A stretch of 64,000 nt of DNA from an uncultured Verrucomicrobiae bacterium (GCA_963812605.1 CAWEWF010000001.1:608001-672000), one strand, 5' to 3'. Shown: positions 34,301 through 44,877, counted from the first letter of the stretch. Notes: a model not told the origin generated them from the sequence alone. Made by a program: numbers and translations.

Positions 34301-36903
34301 TCTTGCGACGCAGCGAACAGTTGTCAGAGGAAGACCGCGTCCTGTTGCAAACAGTGGCGCGGGTTGTTTTGACCGATAGCTCCGAGACATTGGCCGAACA
34401 AGTGGAGCGGCGCGCGCCGGCAGAGCGGAAAATCCCCCGCTTTTCCGTGACGAGATCAATCGTCGCCGAAAGTCCCCGGCCACTGCAGCAACGTGAGGCC
34501 GTATTCTTCAATGGGTTCGGTGGTTTTACTCCCGACGGGCGCGAATACGTCATTACCCTGGCACCGGGCCAGGTCACGCCCGCTCCCTGGGCGAACGTGC
34601 TGGCCAGCGCACAGATTGGCACGGTGATTTCCGAGAGCGGTGGCGCCTACACGTGGGTGGATAACGCCCACGAGTTTCGGCTCACTCCCTGGCACAATGA
34701 TCCGCTCTGCGACACCAGCGGCGAGGCGTTTTACATCCGTGATGAAGAGACGGGGCAGTTTTGGTCGCCGACACCGTTGCCCGCGCGCGCCAGTGGCTCC
34801 TATGTCTGCCGACATGGTTTTGGATACAGCATCTTCGAGTGCGCGGAGGGCGGCATCGAATCAGAATTCTGCGTGACCGTGGCCATGGATGCCCCCGTGA
34901 AATTGATGACCGTTAAACTGCGTAATCGCTCAGGTCGCAAGCGACGGGTATCGGTCACCGGCTATTGGGAATTGGTGCTCGGGGAATCGCGGCAGTCGAA
35001 TTTGATGCACGTGGTCACCGATTTGGACCCGAGCACCGGCGCTCTCTGCGCCCGCAACGCTTACAACCGTGAGTTTGCGGAAAAGGTCGTTTTTGTGAGC
35101 GTCAGCGAGGCCGGACGCACGGTTACCGGGAGCCGCCGTGAGTTTCTGGGTCGCAATGGCACGCTGGGCAACCCCGCAGCGATGCGACTTTCGCAACTTT
35201 CTGGCCGGACGGGCGCAGGTCTCGATCCCTGCGCGGCCCTGCAAGTACCCTTTGATCTGGCGGCAGGTGAAGAACGCGAGGTGGTGTTTGTGCTCGGCGC
35301 CGGTCGCAATACCGAAGAGGCGCAGCAACTGGCGCGGCGATTCAGCAATGTGGCCAGCGCCCACCGGGCGTTGAACGGCGTGTGGGAATTCTGGAAACGA
35401 ACGCTCGGTGTCATGTACGTCGAGACGCCCGACGCGGGTTTGAACATCCTGGTGAACGGTTGGTTGGAGTATCAAACGCTGGCTTGTCGTTACGGTGGAA
35501 GGAGCGGCTACTATCAATCCGGCGGCGCATACGGTTTCCGCGATCAACTTCAGGACACCGTGGCGCTGATCCACGCCGCTCCCTGGTCGACACGAGAGCA
35601 ACTGGTGCGTTGCGCCGGCCGTCAATTTCGCGAGGGCGATGTCCAACATTGGTGGCATCCGCCGACCGGTCGCGGCGTCCGCACTCACTTCTCAGATGAT
35701 TACCTTTGGCTGCCCTACGCGGCCTGCGAGTATGTGGCGGCAACGGGCGATACCGGGGTACTGGAGGAGCGCATTCCGTTTCTGGAAGGCCGGTTGGTGA
35801 ATCCCGACGAGGAATCGTATTATGATCTGCCGCAACGATCGGAGGAATCCGCTACTTTGTATGAGCATTGCGTCCGGGCGGTCAAGTACGGGTTGAGATT
35901 TGGCGAGCATGGTCTGCCGCTCATGGGGTGCGGTGATTGGAATGATGGCATGAATCTCGTCGGCCATCAGGGCAAGGGGGAAAGCGTCTGGCTGGCTTTC
36001 TTTCTCCACCATGTGTTGCAACAGTTCGCGAAATTGGCGCAACGCAAAGGCGAGGGGACATTCGCCGATCAATGCGTTTTGGAAGCCGACCGCCTGCGCC
36101 AGAACATCGAACGAAATGCGTGGGATGGAAACTGGTATCGGCGCGCTTATTTCGACGATGGCACGCCGCTGGGTTCAGCCACGAATGATGAATGCCAGAT
36201 TGATTCCATTGCGCAAAGCTGGGCGGTGCTTTCTTCCGCCGCCGACCCGCAACGGGCGCGCTCGGCCATGGAAGCCGTAAACCAGCGTCTCGTTCACCGC
36301 GAAAACAAGCTGATTCAACTACTCGATCCGCCGTTCGACAAGTCTGCCCTCCAGCCCGGTTACATTAAAGGCTACGTTCCTGGCGTGCGCGAGAACGGCG
36401 GCCAGTACACGCATGGCGCCATCTGGGCTGTCATCGCTTTCGCCGAACTGGGAGACATCGAGCGGGCGTGGGAATTATTCTCGATGCTGAACCCAATTCG
36501 TCACGCAACCAATCCAAGCGAGGTCGATGTTTACAAAGTCGAACCTTACGTTGTCGCCGCGGATGTGTATGCCCAGGCGCCGCACGCCGGCCGTGGCGGT
36601 TGGACCTGGTATACGGGTTCGGCGGGCTGGATGTTTCGGTTGATCGTGGAAACATTGCTCGGATTGCGATTGGAAGTGGATAAACTGCATATGAATCCGC
36701 GCCTGCCCCGTGCCTGGGAGTCTTTCAAAATCCATTACCGTTACCGCGAGACGTTCTATCACATCACGGTGAAAAAGGTGAAATCAGAGACGACGCCAGC
36801 GATTCGCCTAACCGTGGATGGCGCGGTGCGAGTCGACGCCACGATCCCGCTGATCGATGACCGACGGGAACACCAGGTTGAAGTCCTGGTTGCCGGGGAA
36901 TAG
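28330..36903 (+). CDS. ndvB: Cyclic beta-1,2-glucan synthase (GT84 + glucoamylase-like + GH94), frameshifted at ~31945-32090
   Basis: PLRAELF, WLLDNFY, GYERKRGKL, TLDTDT, ILSHDL.E, RRHRWIRGDWQ, RTSPTNIG, DSGNL, YDLLASEARL, QSGGAYGFRDQLQD, GDWNDG, RENGGQYTH, YTGSAGW. Confidence 0.93.
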
Positions 36904-36908
36904 CCTGC

Positions 36909-37484
36909 TTAAAGCGACGAGAGCAACTGCATTACGTTCTTGGAATGTTGGTCGCACTGTTTTGAGAACTCGCGAAGAAAGGATTCTCTCTCTTTGTTGT
37001 CGTCCTGATTCTCCAGCACGCCGGCGAGATGAGAAGCATAATTCAGCGCCTGAGCTTGGGTCAGCAAAAGTCGCAACTCGAGCTCCTTTCCCGTGGAAAA
37101 GAGCAGGTTTTTGGTAGTCGTCGCCTGAATCGAATCACGAGTTTTCTCTTCGAGGGCCGGCAGATGCTTGGTTTGGAAATTGAGGCTGCCATCCTGGCGC
37201 GCGAAGGCGTCGAGTTGTTCTTGCGCCTGGCGAAATGTTTGCGCGATCTCCTTGATCTCGTTCGCAGTCCTGGCGCTGACGCGTTTCAGGATCAGGATTT
37301 TATCCACATCCCGCTGCTTTGTCGTGAGTTCGTAGAGGAGGCTAAAGCCCTCGTTGCGGCTCCGGTACCGGGCGCCCACAAACGGGATTTTCTCCTGCAC
37401 CGAAGCGCAACCAGCACAGGCCAGAACGCCGATAGCAACCACCATTGCAGTGGAAGCGACCCCGCTATACCTGGCCAAATTCAC
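36909..37484 (-). CDS. Helical lipoprotein of unknown function
   Basis: Lipobox CAGC; all-alpha-like body; co-oriented with the ytxG/ytxH-like genes. Confidence 0.7.
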   Translation of the reverse strand: MNLARYSGVASTAMVVAIGVLACAGCASVQEKIPFVGARYRSRNEGFSLLYELTTKQRDVDKILILKRVSARTANEIKEIAQTFRQAQEQLDAFARQDGSLNFQTKHLPALEEKTRDSIQATTTKNLLFSTGKELELRLLLTQAQALNYASHLAGVLENQDDNKERESFLREFSKQCDQHSKNVMQLLSSL

Positions 37485-37566
37485 TTAGGTTCATGCAAGA
37501 GCCTCTCCCCTGACGTGGCGGCCCCGCCGCCGATCAAGTTTCGGTCGAGGCCGCCGTGGGCCCTGT

Positions 37567-37857
37567 TTACCCGTGCTTGGAATGCTTCGCGTGCGCGCCG
37601 TGCAGGGCTTCCTTACCCGTCTCCAGGGCGCCTGCGATCTCTTCTTTCGCGTGTTGGATTGTTTCCTTCGCGTCCTCAACGATGTCGGCGGCCCTGTTCT
37701 TCAGTTGACCGGCGCGACGCTTCAGGAGTTTGCGCGTCTCTTTGCCGGAACAGGGCGCATAGAGTAACGCGATTCCAGCGCCTACCAGCGCACCGATGGC
37801 CACAGCGGTCAAATAGCCTCCGACCGGAGATGCATTGTTGCCGTTATCTTCTGACAT
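37567..37857 (-). CDS. YtxH-domain protein
   Basis: IGALVGAGIALLYAPCSGKETRK followed by a coiled coil. Confidence 0.9.
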   Translation of the reverse strand: MSEDNGNNASPVGGYLTAVAIGALVGAGIALLYAPCSGKETRKLLKRRAGQLKNRAADIVEDAKETIQHAKEEIAGALETGKEALHGAHAKHSKHG

Positions 37858-37893
37858 AATTTGGCTCCCCTCTTTTATTATAGGTGGTTCGTT

Positions 37894-38316
37894 TCATTGT
37901 ACGCTTTGTTTTGATTCATTGCGGCGGGAGAAATGGAGCAACGCGTGCAGAAACCCGGTCACTCCGGTGCGCAGCAGGCTCATGTTTCTCACGATGGTGA
38001 AAACAGGCGGCTCGACAACCGATCCCACTTCGTGCAGGAAATGGTCCGCGTGTTCTGTCCACTCGCGCACGGTCGCAACCACCTGATCCACTTCATCCAA
38101 TTGCTTGCTGGCCCGTTTTGAAAGTTCCGTGACGTTGCGCATCAATTCCTGACTATGCTCGACGAGGGTGCGCATGTCGGCCTTCGATTCTTTCGCTGCG
38201 CACACCAGGCTATCCAGGCCCGAGCGCATTCGAAACGCCAGAGGAACCAGGCAGACAACCAGCACGATGATCGCCAGTGATGCGAGAAATAGAGCAACCT
38301 GTAAAGTGATCGACAT
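37894..38316 (-). CDS. DUF948 (YtxG/YoxC-like) protein
   Basis: N-terminal TM helix plus coiled coil, directly upstream of ytxH; GGAGG RBS before MSITLQ. Confidence 0.75.
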   Translation of the reverse strand: MSITLQVALFLASLAIIVLVVCLVPLAFRMRSGLDSLVCAAKESKADMRTLVEHSQELMRNVTELSKRASKQLDEVDQVVATVREWTEHADHFLHEVGSVVEPPVFTIVRNMSLLRTGVTGFLHALLHFSRRNESKQSVQ

Positions 38317-38339
38317 ATCAGTTTTCAACCTCCCTTGAA

Positions 38340-38480
38340 GTTTACTGTCTACCCGCACCGGCGCAAGATGGCGGCTGGCTGATTGCGACCTCGGCTGTAT
38401 TCCTAGGCCCCCCAATAAATTGCCCTAACCAACAACCAGATGGTGTGCGGATTGAAGGATCCCAGAAAATGGAGCACGCT
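38340..38480. promoter_or_regulatory. Divergent promoter pair sharing operator boxes
   Basis: Boxes TCGGCTGTATTCCTA (38391) and CAATAAATTGCCCTA (38413); minus TTGCGC..TAAACT and plus TTGAAG..CACGCT, each -35 lying 24 nt from a box. Confidence 0.6.
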
Positions 38481-38505
38481 TCCGGCAGACTGGAGGAGCT
38501 AGTTT

Positions 38506-39093
38506 ATGAAGCTTGCAGACCTACGGCCTTTTGGTCACAGAGGGGAAGTCAAACCCATGATCCATGCCTGTCGTCACCTGGACGCAGATTATTATCCGCA
38601 GGCTCATCCCCGGGTATTGACCGGCCTTTCCCCGGAACTTGCGGAAGGTGTAATCCAGATCCTCAATCGACTACTGGCTGATGAGATTTTTCTATATGCC
38701 AAAACCCGCGACTATCACTGGAACCTCGCCGGTCCACAATCCCGCAATTTGCGCGAATTGTTTGGGTCCCAATACGAAGAACTCGCCAGGGTGGGCGACA
38801 GTGTTGCAGAACGGGCCCGCAAGGCGCACAGTTCCCTGGAGGAGGCGCGGGATCACTCGCAGTTCAAAGACACTCTTGAACACGACCTGCCCGCCGAGGT
38901 GATGATCGAGAACCTGGTGGTGGACCACGAAGCGATCATTCGCCGGCTGCGGGAGGACATCGAAACCTGCGCCGACAAGTTCCATGACACGGATACCAAC
39001 AACTTTCTCACCGACCTGATGGAACAACATGAAACATTCGCGTGGATGTTGCGGGCTTGCCTTGGGCAACGCGAAAGCCCTGATCCCGCGTGA
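38506..39093 (+). CDS. dps: Dps-family ferritin-like protein, degenerate ferroxidase centre
   Basis: LLADE..LY.KTR.YHWN..GP, D.VAER, D.DT..FLT.LMEQHE..AWML. Confidence 0.82.
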   Translation: MKLADLRPFGHRGEVKPMIHACRHLDADYYPQAHPRVLTGLSPELAEGVIQILNRLLADEIFLYAKTRDYHWNLAGPQSRNLRELFGSQYEELARVGDSVAERARKAHSSLEEARDHSQFKDTLEHDLPAEVMIENLVVDHEAIIRRLREDIETCADKFHDTDTNNFLTDLMEQHETFAWMLRACLGQRESPDPA

Positions 39094-39174
39094 TTGATCC
39101 TCGAGACGGCGAACTTTTTCACGCGCTATCCCCGCCGTTTGCGAAGCACCGGTGGGAGTCGGCAGCCGATTTGC

Positions 39175-39579
39175 ATGAGTGACAAGGTTTCACAATCCCG
39201 GGGACACACGAGCGTTCCCGCTGAGAAACGAGCCACTGAATACCTGGCCAACGAACGCACGTTTCTGGCCTGGATCAGGACCAGCATTGCGGTTATTAGC
39301 GCCGGAATTGTGATCAGCCGCCTGGCGATATGGCTTCGTTATCTCTCGCCAGTTAAAAAGGGAACTCCCCCGCAGAATAGTTTCTCGTTCATCGTGGGTT
39401 TCTCCATGATTGTATTGGGTGGGGTCGTTTCGCTCCTGGCGGTCTGGCGTTATCATGTCGTCAATCGCGCAATCGACGAAGGTCGCGTCAAACCCGATCG
39501 GGGCCTGGTGATTCTGGTGACCTTTCTGGTCGTGCTATTGGTGGCGGGAGTTATTGGCTTTATGTTGTGGAGCGACTAA
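39175..39579 (+). CDS. DUF202/YidH-family membrane protein
   Basis: YLANERTFLAWIRT signature and three TM segments. Confidence 0.9.
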   Translation: MSDKVSQSRGHTSVPAEKRATEYLANERTFLAWIRTSIAVISAGIVISRLAIWLRYLSPVKKGTPPQNSFSFIVGFSMIVLGGVVSLLAVWRYHVVNRAIDEGRVKPDRGLVILVTFLVVLLVAGVIGFMLWSD

Positions 39580-39634
39580 GGCCTCTCTTGGCGGCGAATC
39601 CACACGGCGATTTTAGGCCCGTGGGTATAGCGCG

Positions 39635-40201
39635 TTAGAATCCGAAGCTGACCCCACCGCGCACCAAGGTATAGTTCGCGGTCTTATCGGGAAAAACTTC
39701 GCGCGCATCGGCGAATATGCCCAGATTGCGGCTGAACTTGTATTCCAGTCCGCCGCCACCGTGCCACGTAAACTGCGGGATATCCTTGAATTCTCGACCG
39801 CCGCCGCCAAATCCGTACACGGCCAGCTTGGAGAATTGTTCGGGGAGTGGAAGCCGCAAAATGGCGCTGCCATTGATGCGATACGGCCATTTCCACTCTT
39901 CGATATAAGTATCCGCCCCGATGCCCACGTAACGCAGGAAGAAGTACGTTAGCCCGAGGCCGCCGCCACCTTGATCAGCACGGAAGCCTTCGCGGTCCCG
40001 CGTGGCATAGGTGCCAAAAGCTTGCAGGCTCAGTTGATTGGCCGGAAAGGGTTCATAGGAAGTATCGAACCGCTCCGTTGTTGTCACCCGCGTGGTTTCG
40101 GTGGTTTGTACTGGAACTGTGTTATCATCCGCCATCGCGCGGGTCTGCGCGGCAACAGTGCCCAGTATAACGCCAACCACAACCCATTTTCTTGTATTCA
40201 T
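39635..40201 (-). CDS. Small outer-membrane beta-barrel protein
   Basis: AGGAGG RBS, signal peptide, alternating beta strands (GGGGLGLTYFF, HGGGGLEY), C-terminal SFGF. Confidence 0.78.
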   Translation of the reverse strand: MNTRKWVVVGVILGTVAAQTRAMADDNTVPVQTTETTRVTTTERFDTSYEPFPANQLSLQAFGTYATRDREGFRADQGGGGLGLTYFFLRYVGIGADTYIEEWKWPYRINGSAILRLPLPEQFSKLAVYGFGGGGREFKDIPQFTWHGGGGLEYKFSRNLGIFADAREVFPDKTANYTLVRGGVSFGF

Positions 40202-40318
40202 CTCGCGCCTCCTGGCTTGGTTATTTGAGCTCATTCGTCTTACCTGTATGCTTTCTGAATGAGACCATTGTATCCACCGGAGGCAGCAAATCTATCGGCG
40301 GGCAGGCTGGTTATCTTC

Positions 40319-40333
40319 TAGGAGAATGGCCTA
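40319..40333. promoter_or_regulatory. Operator box TAGGAGAATGGCCTA
   Basis: One mismatch to the palindrome; TACAAT -10 downstream on the minus strand before the beta-barrel gene. Confidence 0.65.
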
Positions 40334-40357
40334 CCCACTGCATCCTCGGCGGCCAAC

Positions 40358-42847
40358 TCAAGATAGAATGTTCAGGTTCGACTGTTTCGCGTGTGGCGTT
40401 TGCGAGTGAGAGGACAAGGACCATTGCGCAGCGGGAAACGAACAGGTGACCATGGCACCGCCATCGGGGCTGTTCCGGACTTCCAAAGTTCCACCAATCA
40501 TTCGGGCGCGGTACTGCATGATTTGCAATCCCATTCCCTTTCGTTGGTTTACGCCTCCAGACGGAAGACCAATCCCGTCGTCCATAATCGAAAGGACGAT
40601 ATCGCCATTGGCGGCGGCCAAACGGACGGTGATTTGTTTCGCTCGGGCATGCTTGATGGCATTGTGCACGGCCTCCTGGGCAATGCGGAAAAGTTGAATC
40701 ACCGACGCATCCTTGCGGTCAATACCAAAGGATTCGTCCGATTGCAGAATGCAATGCACGCCGAAGATTTGTTCGGTGGTGCGGGCCATTTCTTCCAGGG
40801 CGGATAGCAGCCCGTTCCGTTCGAGTTCGACCGGATAAAACCCCTTGGCGAGGCGCCGGACCTGCTCGACGCTTTCCAGGATCAGCTTTTCCAGCTTCTC
40901 GGCGTCCCGCGCGAGAGGCGCCGAGACACCCTCCAATTTCGTTTGCAGGGCGTTCATCATATAACTGATCCCCGCCAACTTCTGGCCGAGGCCGTCATGC
41001 AATTCCTGGCCGAGCCGGAGCTGTTCACGCTCGATCACGCGCGCCATCTCGGCCTCGAGACGTTTGCGCTCCTCGATTTGAGCCTGGAGTTGCTTGTGCG
41101 CCACCACCAACTCAATCGTGCGCTCCTCGACCCGCGACTCCAGTTGGCGCTGCCAGGCTTCCAATTCGGCTTCCGTGCGCTTGCGCTCGGTGATGTCCCT
41201 CGTAATCCTGGAGGCGCCAATGACCCGGCCCTCACTGTCCTTGATCGGGGAGATCGTCACGGATACATCAATCCGCCGGCCATCCTTGGCGATGTGGACC
41301 GTTTCGTGACGCTGGATTTGCTGTCCGCGCGCCAGTTTTGCCAAAACCCGGGGCTCTTCATCGCGGTGATTGGGCGGCAGCAAAATGGAAACGGACTGGC
41401 CGATGGCCTCTTGCGCGGTATATCCGTAAAGCTTTTCAGAAGCCGCGTTCCAATTCGTGATGATTCCTTTCAAATCTTTTCCGAGGATGGCGTCTTCCGA
41501 GGATTCAACAATGGCCGCCAGGCGCGCCTGTGCCTCCTCCGCCCGCTTGCGTTCGGTAATATCCACATTCACGCCGAGCATGCGCACTGGCTGCCCGTCG
41601 GGGCCATAGAAGAGCCGCGCCCGGGCAAAGAGCCAATGCACGCTGCCGTCCGGCCAGAGGATCCGAAAATCCTGCGAATACTCTCCGCCGCGAAGCGCCC
41701 GGGTTATTTCCTGGTCGACCCGTTCGTAATCCTCCGGGTGAAGGCGTTTGTGCCAGGCTTCGTAGGTTCCCTCAAAATCGCCGGGCCGCAATCCGAAGAG
41801 CGCTTCGAGCTCCGGCGACCAGTAATTTCTACCCGTGACGTAGCTATAATCGAAAATTCCCCAGCGGGTCACCTGTTGGGCGATTTGGGTTCGTTCCTGG
41901 TTCTCGCGCAAGGCGTCTTCGGCCAGCCGGCGCTCGGAAATGGCGGCGCCAAGCACGAGATTGGTCAGGGTGAGCGTGCTGATGTAGACTTGCAGCAGCA
42001 CCAGCGATCCGTTGGTATCTTCGGAAACGAAGGGGCCAAAGTGGTGCAATGTTCCCCAGATCGCGATGCCCGAGACCACGATCGTGGCGGAAATGGCTCC
42101 GTGGCGGCCAAAGCGGTACGCCGCCCACAAGGCCGCGGGATACAATAAAAACCGCGGATATCGGTTCAAAGATGCGGTCAATGGCTCGCCGAATCCGATC
42201 ACAGTAATCGCGACGAGAACGCCGAAGACCAGTATGGCCTCAGAAAGCCGCCAATAGTTCCACCGGCCAAAACGGGTCGTGCTCCAAATCATAATCAGTG
42301 GGGTTATGGTCAGGGCGCTGACGACGTCGCCGAGCCACCATGTGGTCCAGATGGCCGGATAATCGTTCCACGGGGCAAACCCGCCCAGTGCCAGACTGGT
42401 CACGCCAACCGTGGCGCATACCATCGTGCTCGGGATGGCAGCCAGCAGGGCGAAGCGGAAAATATCGCGGGCCCGTTCAAAGGCGTATCGTCCATTGGCG
42501 AAGTAGTGAACGAGCCAGGCCCCTCCCACGGCTTCCAACGTATTTCCTCCCGCAATGCAAACCGTGGTCGCAAACGAGCCTGTGGTCGTTATATTGACGA
42601 GGAAAGCTCCCAGCCAGATACCGGGCCAGACGCGATACCCCAGAAGCAATACCGCTGCGAGGGCGATTCCGGTTGGAGGCCACACGGCGGAGGCGCTTTG
42701 GTTGAGAAACGCGAGCTTGAGGCCCAGTTTCCCCGAGACAAAATACACCAGGGCGAGCGCCGTGATTTTTGTGAGTTCAGAAACGTTCCGATGGCTCATC
42801 CGCCACGCAAGAGATGCGGTGCTGACGCGTCTGGCGTCTTCGTGCAT
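40358..42847 (-). CDS. MASE1-PAS-PAS-HisKA_3 sensor histidine kinase
   Basis: SAVWPPTGIA and WWLGD (MASE1); two PAS domains (HPED...DITERKR; SSEDAI...WNAASE); ELHDGLGQ; LFRIAQEAVHNAIKH; DDGIG. Confidence 0.93.
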   Translation of the reverse strand: MHEDARRVSTASLAWRMSHRNVSELTKITALALVYFVSGKLGLKLAFLNQSASAVWPPTGIALAAVLLLGYRVWPGIWLGAFLVNITTTGSFATTVCIAGGNTLEAVGGAWLVHYFANGRYAFERARDIFRFALLAAIPSTMVCATVGVTSLALGGFAPWNDYPAIWTTWWLGDVVSALTITPLIMIWSTTRFGRWNYWRLSEAILVFGVLVAITVIGFGEPLTASLNRYPRFLLYPAALWAAYRFGRHGAISATIVVSGIAIWGTLHHFGPFVSEDTNGSLVLLQVYISTLTLTNLVLGAAISERRLAEDALRENQERTQIAQQVTRWGIFDYSYVTGRNYWSPELEALFGLRPGDFEGTYEAWHKRLHPEDYERVDQEITRALRGGEYSQDFRILWPDGSVHWLFARARLFYGPDGQPVRMLGVNVDITERKRAEEAQARLAAIVESSEDAILGKDLKGIITNWNAASEKLYGYTAQEAIGQSVSILLPPNHRDEEPRVLAKLARGQQIQRHETVHIAKDGRRIDVSVTISPIKDSEGRVIGASRITRDITERKRTEAELEAWQRQLESRVEERTIELVVAHKQLQAQIEERKRLEAEMARVIEREQLRLGQELHDGLGQKLAGISYMMNALQTKLEGVSAPLARDAEKLEKLILESVEQVRRLAKGFYPVELERNGLLSALEEMARTTEQIFGVHCILQSDESFGIDRKDASVIQLFRIAQEAVHNAIKHARAKQITVRLAAANGDIVLSIMDDGIGLPSGGVNQRKGMGLQIMQYRARMIGGTLEVRNSPDGGAMVTCSFPAAQWSLSSHSQTPHAKQSNLNILS

Positions 42848-42951
42848 AATCTAAAACCACCCCGCAGACAACCCGTGTCTGGATTCTGCCCATCAACACA
42901 CTATCATAAAAGCGTGGCCGTTGCTGCTCAGCGTACTTGCTGAATATGTCC

Positions 42952-43078
42952 TAGGATGAATTCCTAGCTACGGCTTACGCCGAATCAGTGGCTTGGCGAA
43001 TATATTGTTAACCAGAAGGTTTCCTAGAAACAAATCAGTTTCCGCACCCATTGAACCACGAAGGATTCGCGGTAAAAT
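42952..43078. promoter_or_regulatory. Divergent promoter with operator boxes
   Basis: Perfect TAGGATGAATTCCTA at 42952; CCAGAAGGTTTCCTA at 43012, then 24 nt, TTGAAC, 16 nt, TAAAAT. Confidence 0.7.
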
Positions 43079-43103
43079 TGGCGACGAAAGGATGGGAATC
43101 ATT

Positions 43104-43532
43104 ATGAAAAGGAGCAAATGCAGTTGTTGGTTGGGAATGAGCCTGGCGGCGGCAGCTTTGCTGCTGGTCGCGCCGGCGTGGGCTGACAATGACACAGGCG
43201 CCGCGGCCACTACACCGGCACAGTCAGGTCAGACGGACACCAGCAGCGATCAACGGGTCCGGCAAGTGAGCGGACGGATCACGGCGATCGATGCCTCGGC
43301 GCAAACCATCACGGTGAAAGCCACATTACTCAGCAAAGTCATCAAGGTCGGTTCCGACGCGCAAATTGCGACTGAGGACAATTCGTCGGCCGCACTGAGT
43401 GACCTCAAGGTGGGGGACCGCGTTGAGGTGAGCTATCGCGTGGACGGCGATACGTTGGCTGCGCAACGCATCACCCGCAAGAGTTCACAATCGAGTGAAT
43501 CCAGTGGCAGATCTTCCCCCAGTACCTATTGA
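43104..43532 (+). CDS. Secreted small OB-fold (DUF5666/CusF-like) protein
   Basis: Signal peptide (AWA); SGRITAID...TITV...LSDLKVGDRVEVSY. Confidence 0.75.
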   Translation: MKRSKCSCWLGMSLAAAALLLVAPAWADNDTGAAATTPAQSGQTDTSSDQRVRQVSGRITAIDASAQTITVKATLLSKVIKVGSDAQIATEDNSSAALSDLKVGDRVEVSYRVDGDTLAAQRITRKSSQSSESSGRSSPSTY

Positions 43533-43589
43533 GGGGAAACGGCCAGGCGGTATTCCCTGCTGGCGGATAGTGAGAGGAGATTCAACAAG

Positions 43590-44003
43590 ATGAACAGGAA
43601 GCAAGCAGCCAGAGCACTGGCAATCAGCATCGCATTCGCCCTGACCGCCGGCATCAGTCGCGGCGACGTGGACGAACCCTCGCCGGAAAAACCGAAAGCC
43701 GAGGTTTTCGCCGGCACCATACGGGCGGTTGACGCGGAAAAGCGTATTATAACAGTCGAAGCGACTCCCTTAAATAAGACTTTCGGCATCGCCTCGGACT
43801 GTGAAGTCACAACGAAAGACAAACCCAAAGCTTCCCTGGAAGACCTGAAAGTCGGGGATGTCGTGCACGTCACCTACGAGGCGGCCAATGACATGCTCGT
43901 TGCCCACCGCATCGAGCAACAGGGGCCTCCGCAAGAGACGGACCGGGCAACTGCGTTCGTCCGCTATCATCTGCGGTACGTGCTCTTCGAAAAAGTACAA
44001 TGA
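43590..44003 (+). CDS. Secreted small OB-fold protein (paralog)
   Basis: GAGGAG RBS; AGTIRAVD...ITV...LEDLKVGDVVHVTY. Confidence 0.75.
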   Translation: MNRKQAARALAISIAFALTAGISRGDVDEPSPEKPKAEVFAGTIRAVDAEKRIITVEATPLNKTFGIASDCEVTTKDKPKASLEDLKVGDVVHVTYEAANDMLVAHRIEQQGPPQETDRATAFVRYHLRYVLFEKVQ

Positions 44004-44022
44004 CCAGACGACGAAGCTCCGG

Positions 44023-44724
44023 TCATCTGATCGAGGTCGTGGCTGCCCAATGTACGGCATGGCGGACCAGTTCGGCGGCGTTTTTGAGGCCGAGTTTTCC
44101 CCGGATATTCTGCTGATAGCAGGAAACGGTTTTCTTGCTGAGATGCAGTAGTTCGGCGATTTCGCTGGTGCCGTGACCTTCACTTACCAGCTCGAATACC
44201 TCGAGTTCACGATCGCTCAATGATTCGATCAGCGGTCGTTTGGCCGGTTCGCCGTGTTTGGCGAATGAACCCATGACGCGCGTGGTCATTTGCTCGCTCA
44301 GGTGGATTCCGCCGTCCAGTATTTTGCGCAGGGCTTCGATGACCATTTTCATCGACTCCTGTTTCATGACGTAGCCGCGGGCGCCGGCGTGAAGCACGCG
44401 CTCGGCATAAAGCGTCTCGTCATGCATGGAAAGCGCCAGGACGGGTATTTTTCCGGAATAACGGGCGCGGATATCCTTGATCAACTCCATGCCGTTGCTG
44501 TTGTGCAGGCTGATATCGACCAGCACGGCGGCGGGTTGCAGGCGCGCGATTTCGGCCATGGCCTTCGGCGCGCTCTCGGCTTCTCCGCAGACCATCAGAT
44601 CCTCGGTCTGGTTGATGGCGCTGCTCAGGCCTTCACGGATGGCGGGATGATCGTCCACCAGTAAAATTGCACTGCGTTTTGTTACAGGCTTTTTCTGTGG
44701 CTTGGACTCTTGTTTCTTTTTCAT
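44023..44724 (-). CDS. NarL/FixJ-family response regulator
   Basis: LLVDDHP, VDISL, LSMH, GYVMK, LSDRELEVF HTH. Confidence 0.93.
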   Translation of the reverse strand: MKKKQESKPQKKPVTKRSAILLVDDHPAIREGLSSAINQTEDLMVCGEAESAPKAMAEIARLQPAAVLVDISLHNSNGMELIKDIRARYSGKIPVLALSMHDETLYAERVLHAGARGYVMKQESMKMVIEALRKILDGGIHLSEQMTTRVMGSFAKHGEPAKRPLIESLSDRELEVFELVSEGHGTSEIAELLHLSKKTVSCYQQNIRGKLGLKNAAELVRHAVHWAATTSIR

Positions 44725-44802
44725 GTAAGCCTTCAACGCAAGCTTATCATTCCCTCGCAGTTCCCACAATAGCCGATCCTGGTTATCGCATAAAGCAAAA
44801 AC

Positions 44803-44827
44803 TGACCTAGGAACTGTTCCTAGGTCA
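44803..44827. promoter_or_regulatory. Perfect 25-bp palindromic operator upstream of a response regulator
   Basis: TGACCTAGGAAC-T-GTTCCTAGGTCA; core TAGGA-ACTGT-TCCTA. Confidence 0.8.
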
Positions 44828-44877
44828 CCACCCGCACAAAAGTTATCGCTATTGCGCCGGCGCGGAGCGAAGCTTTC

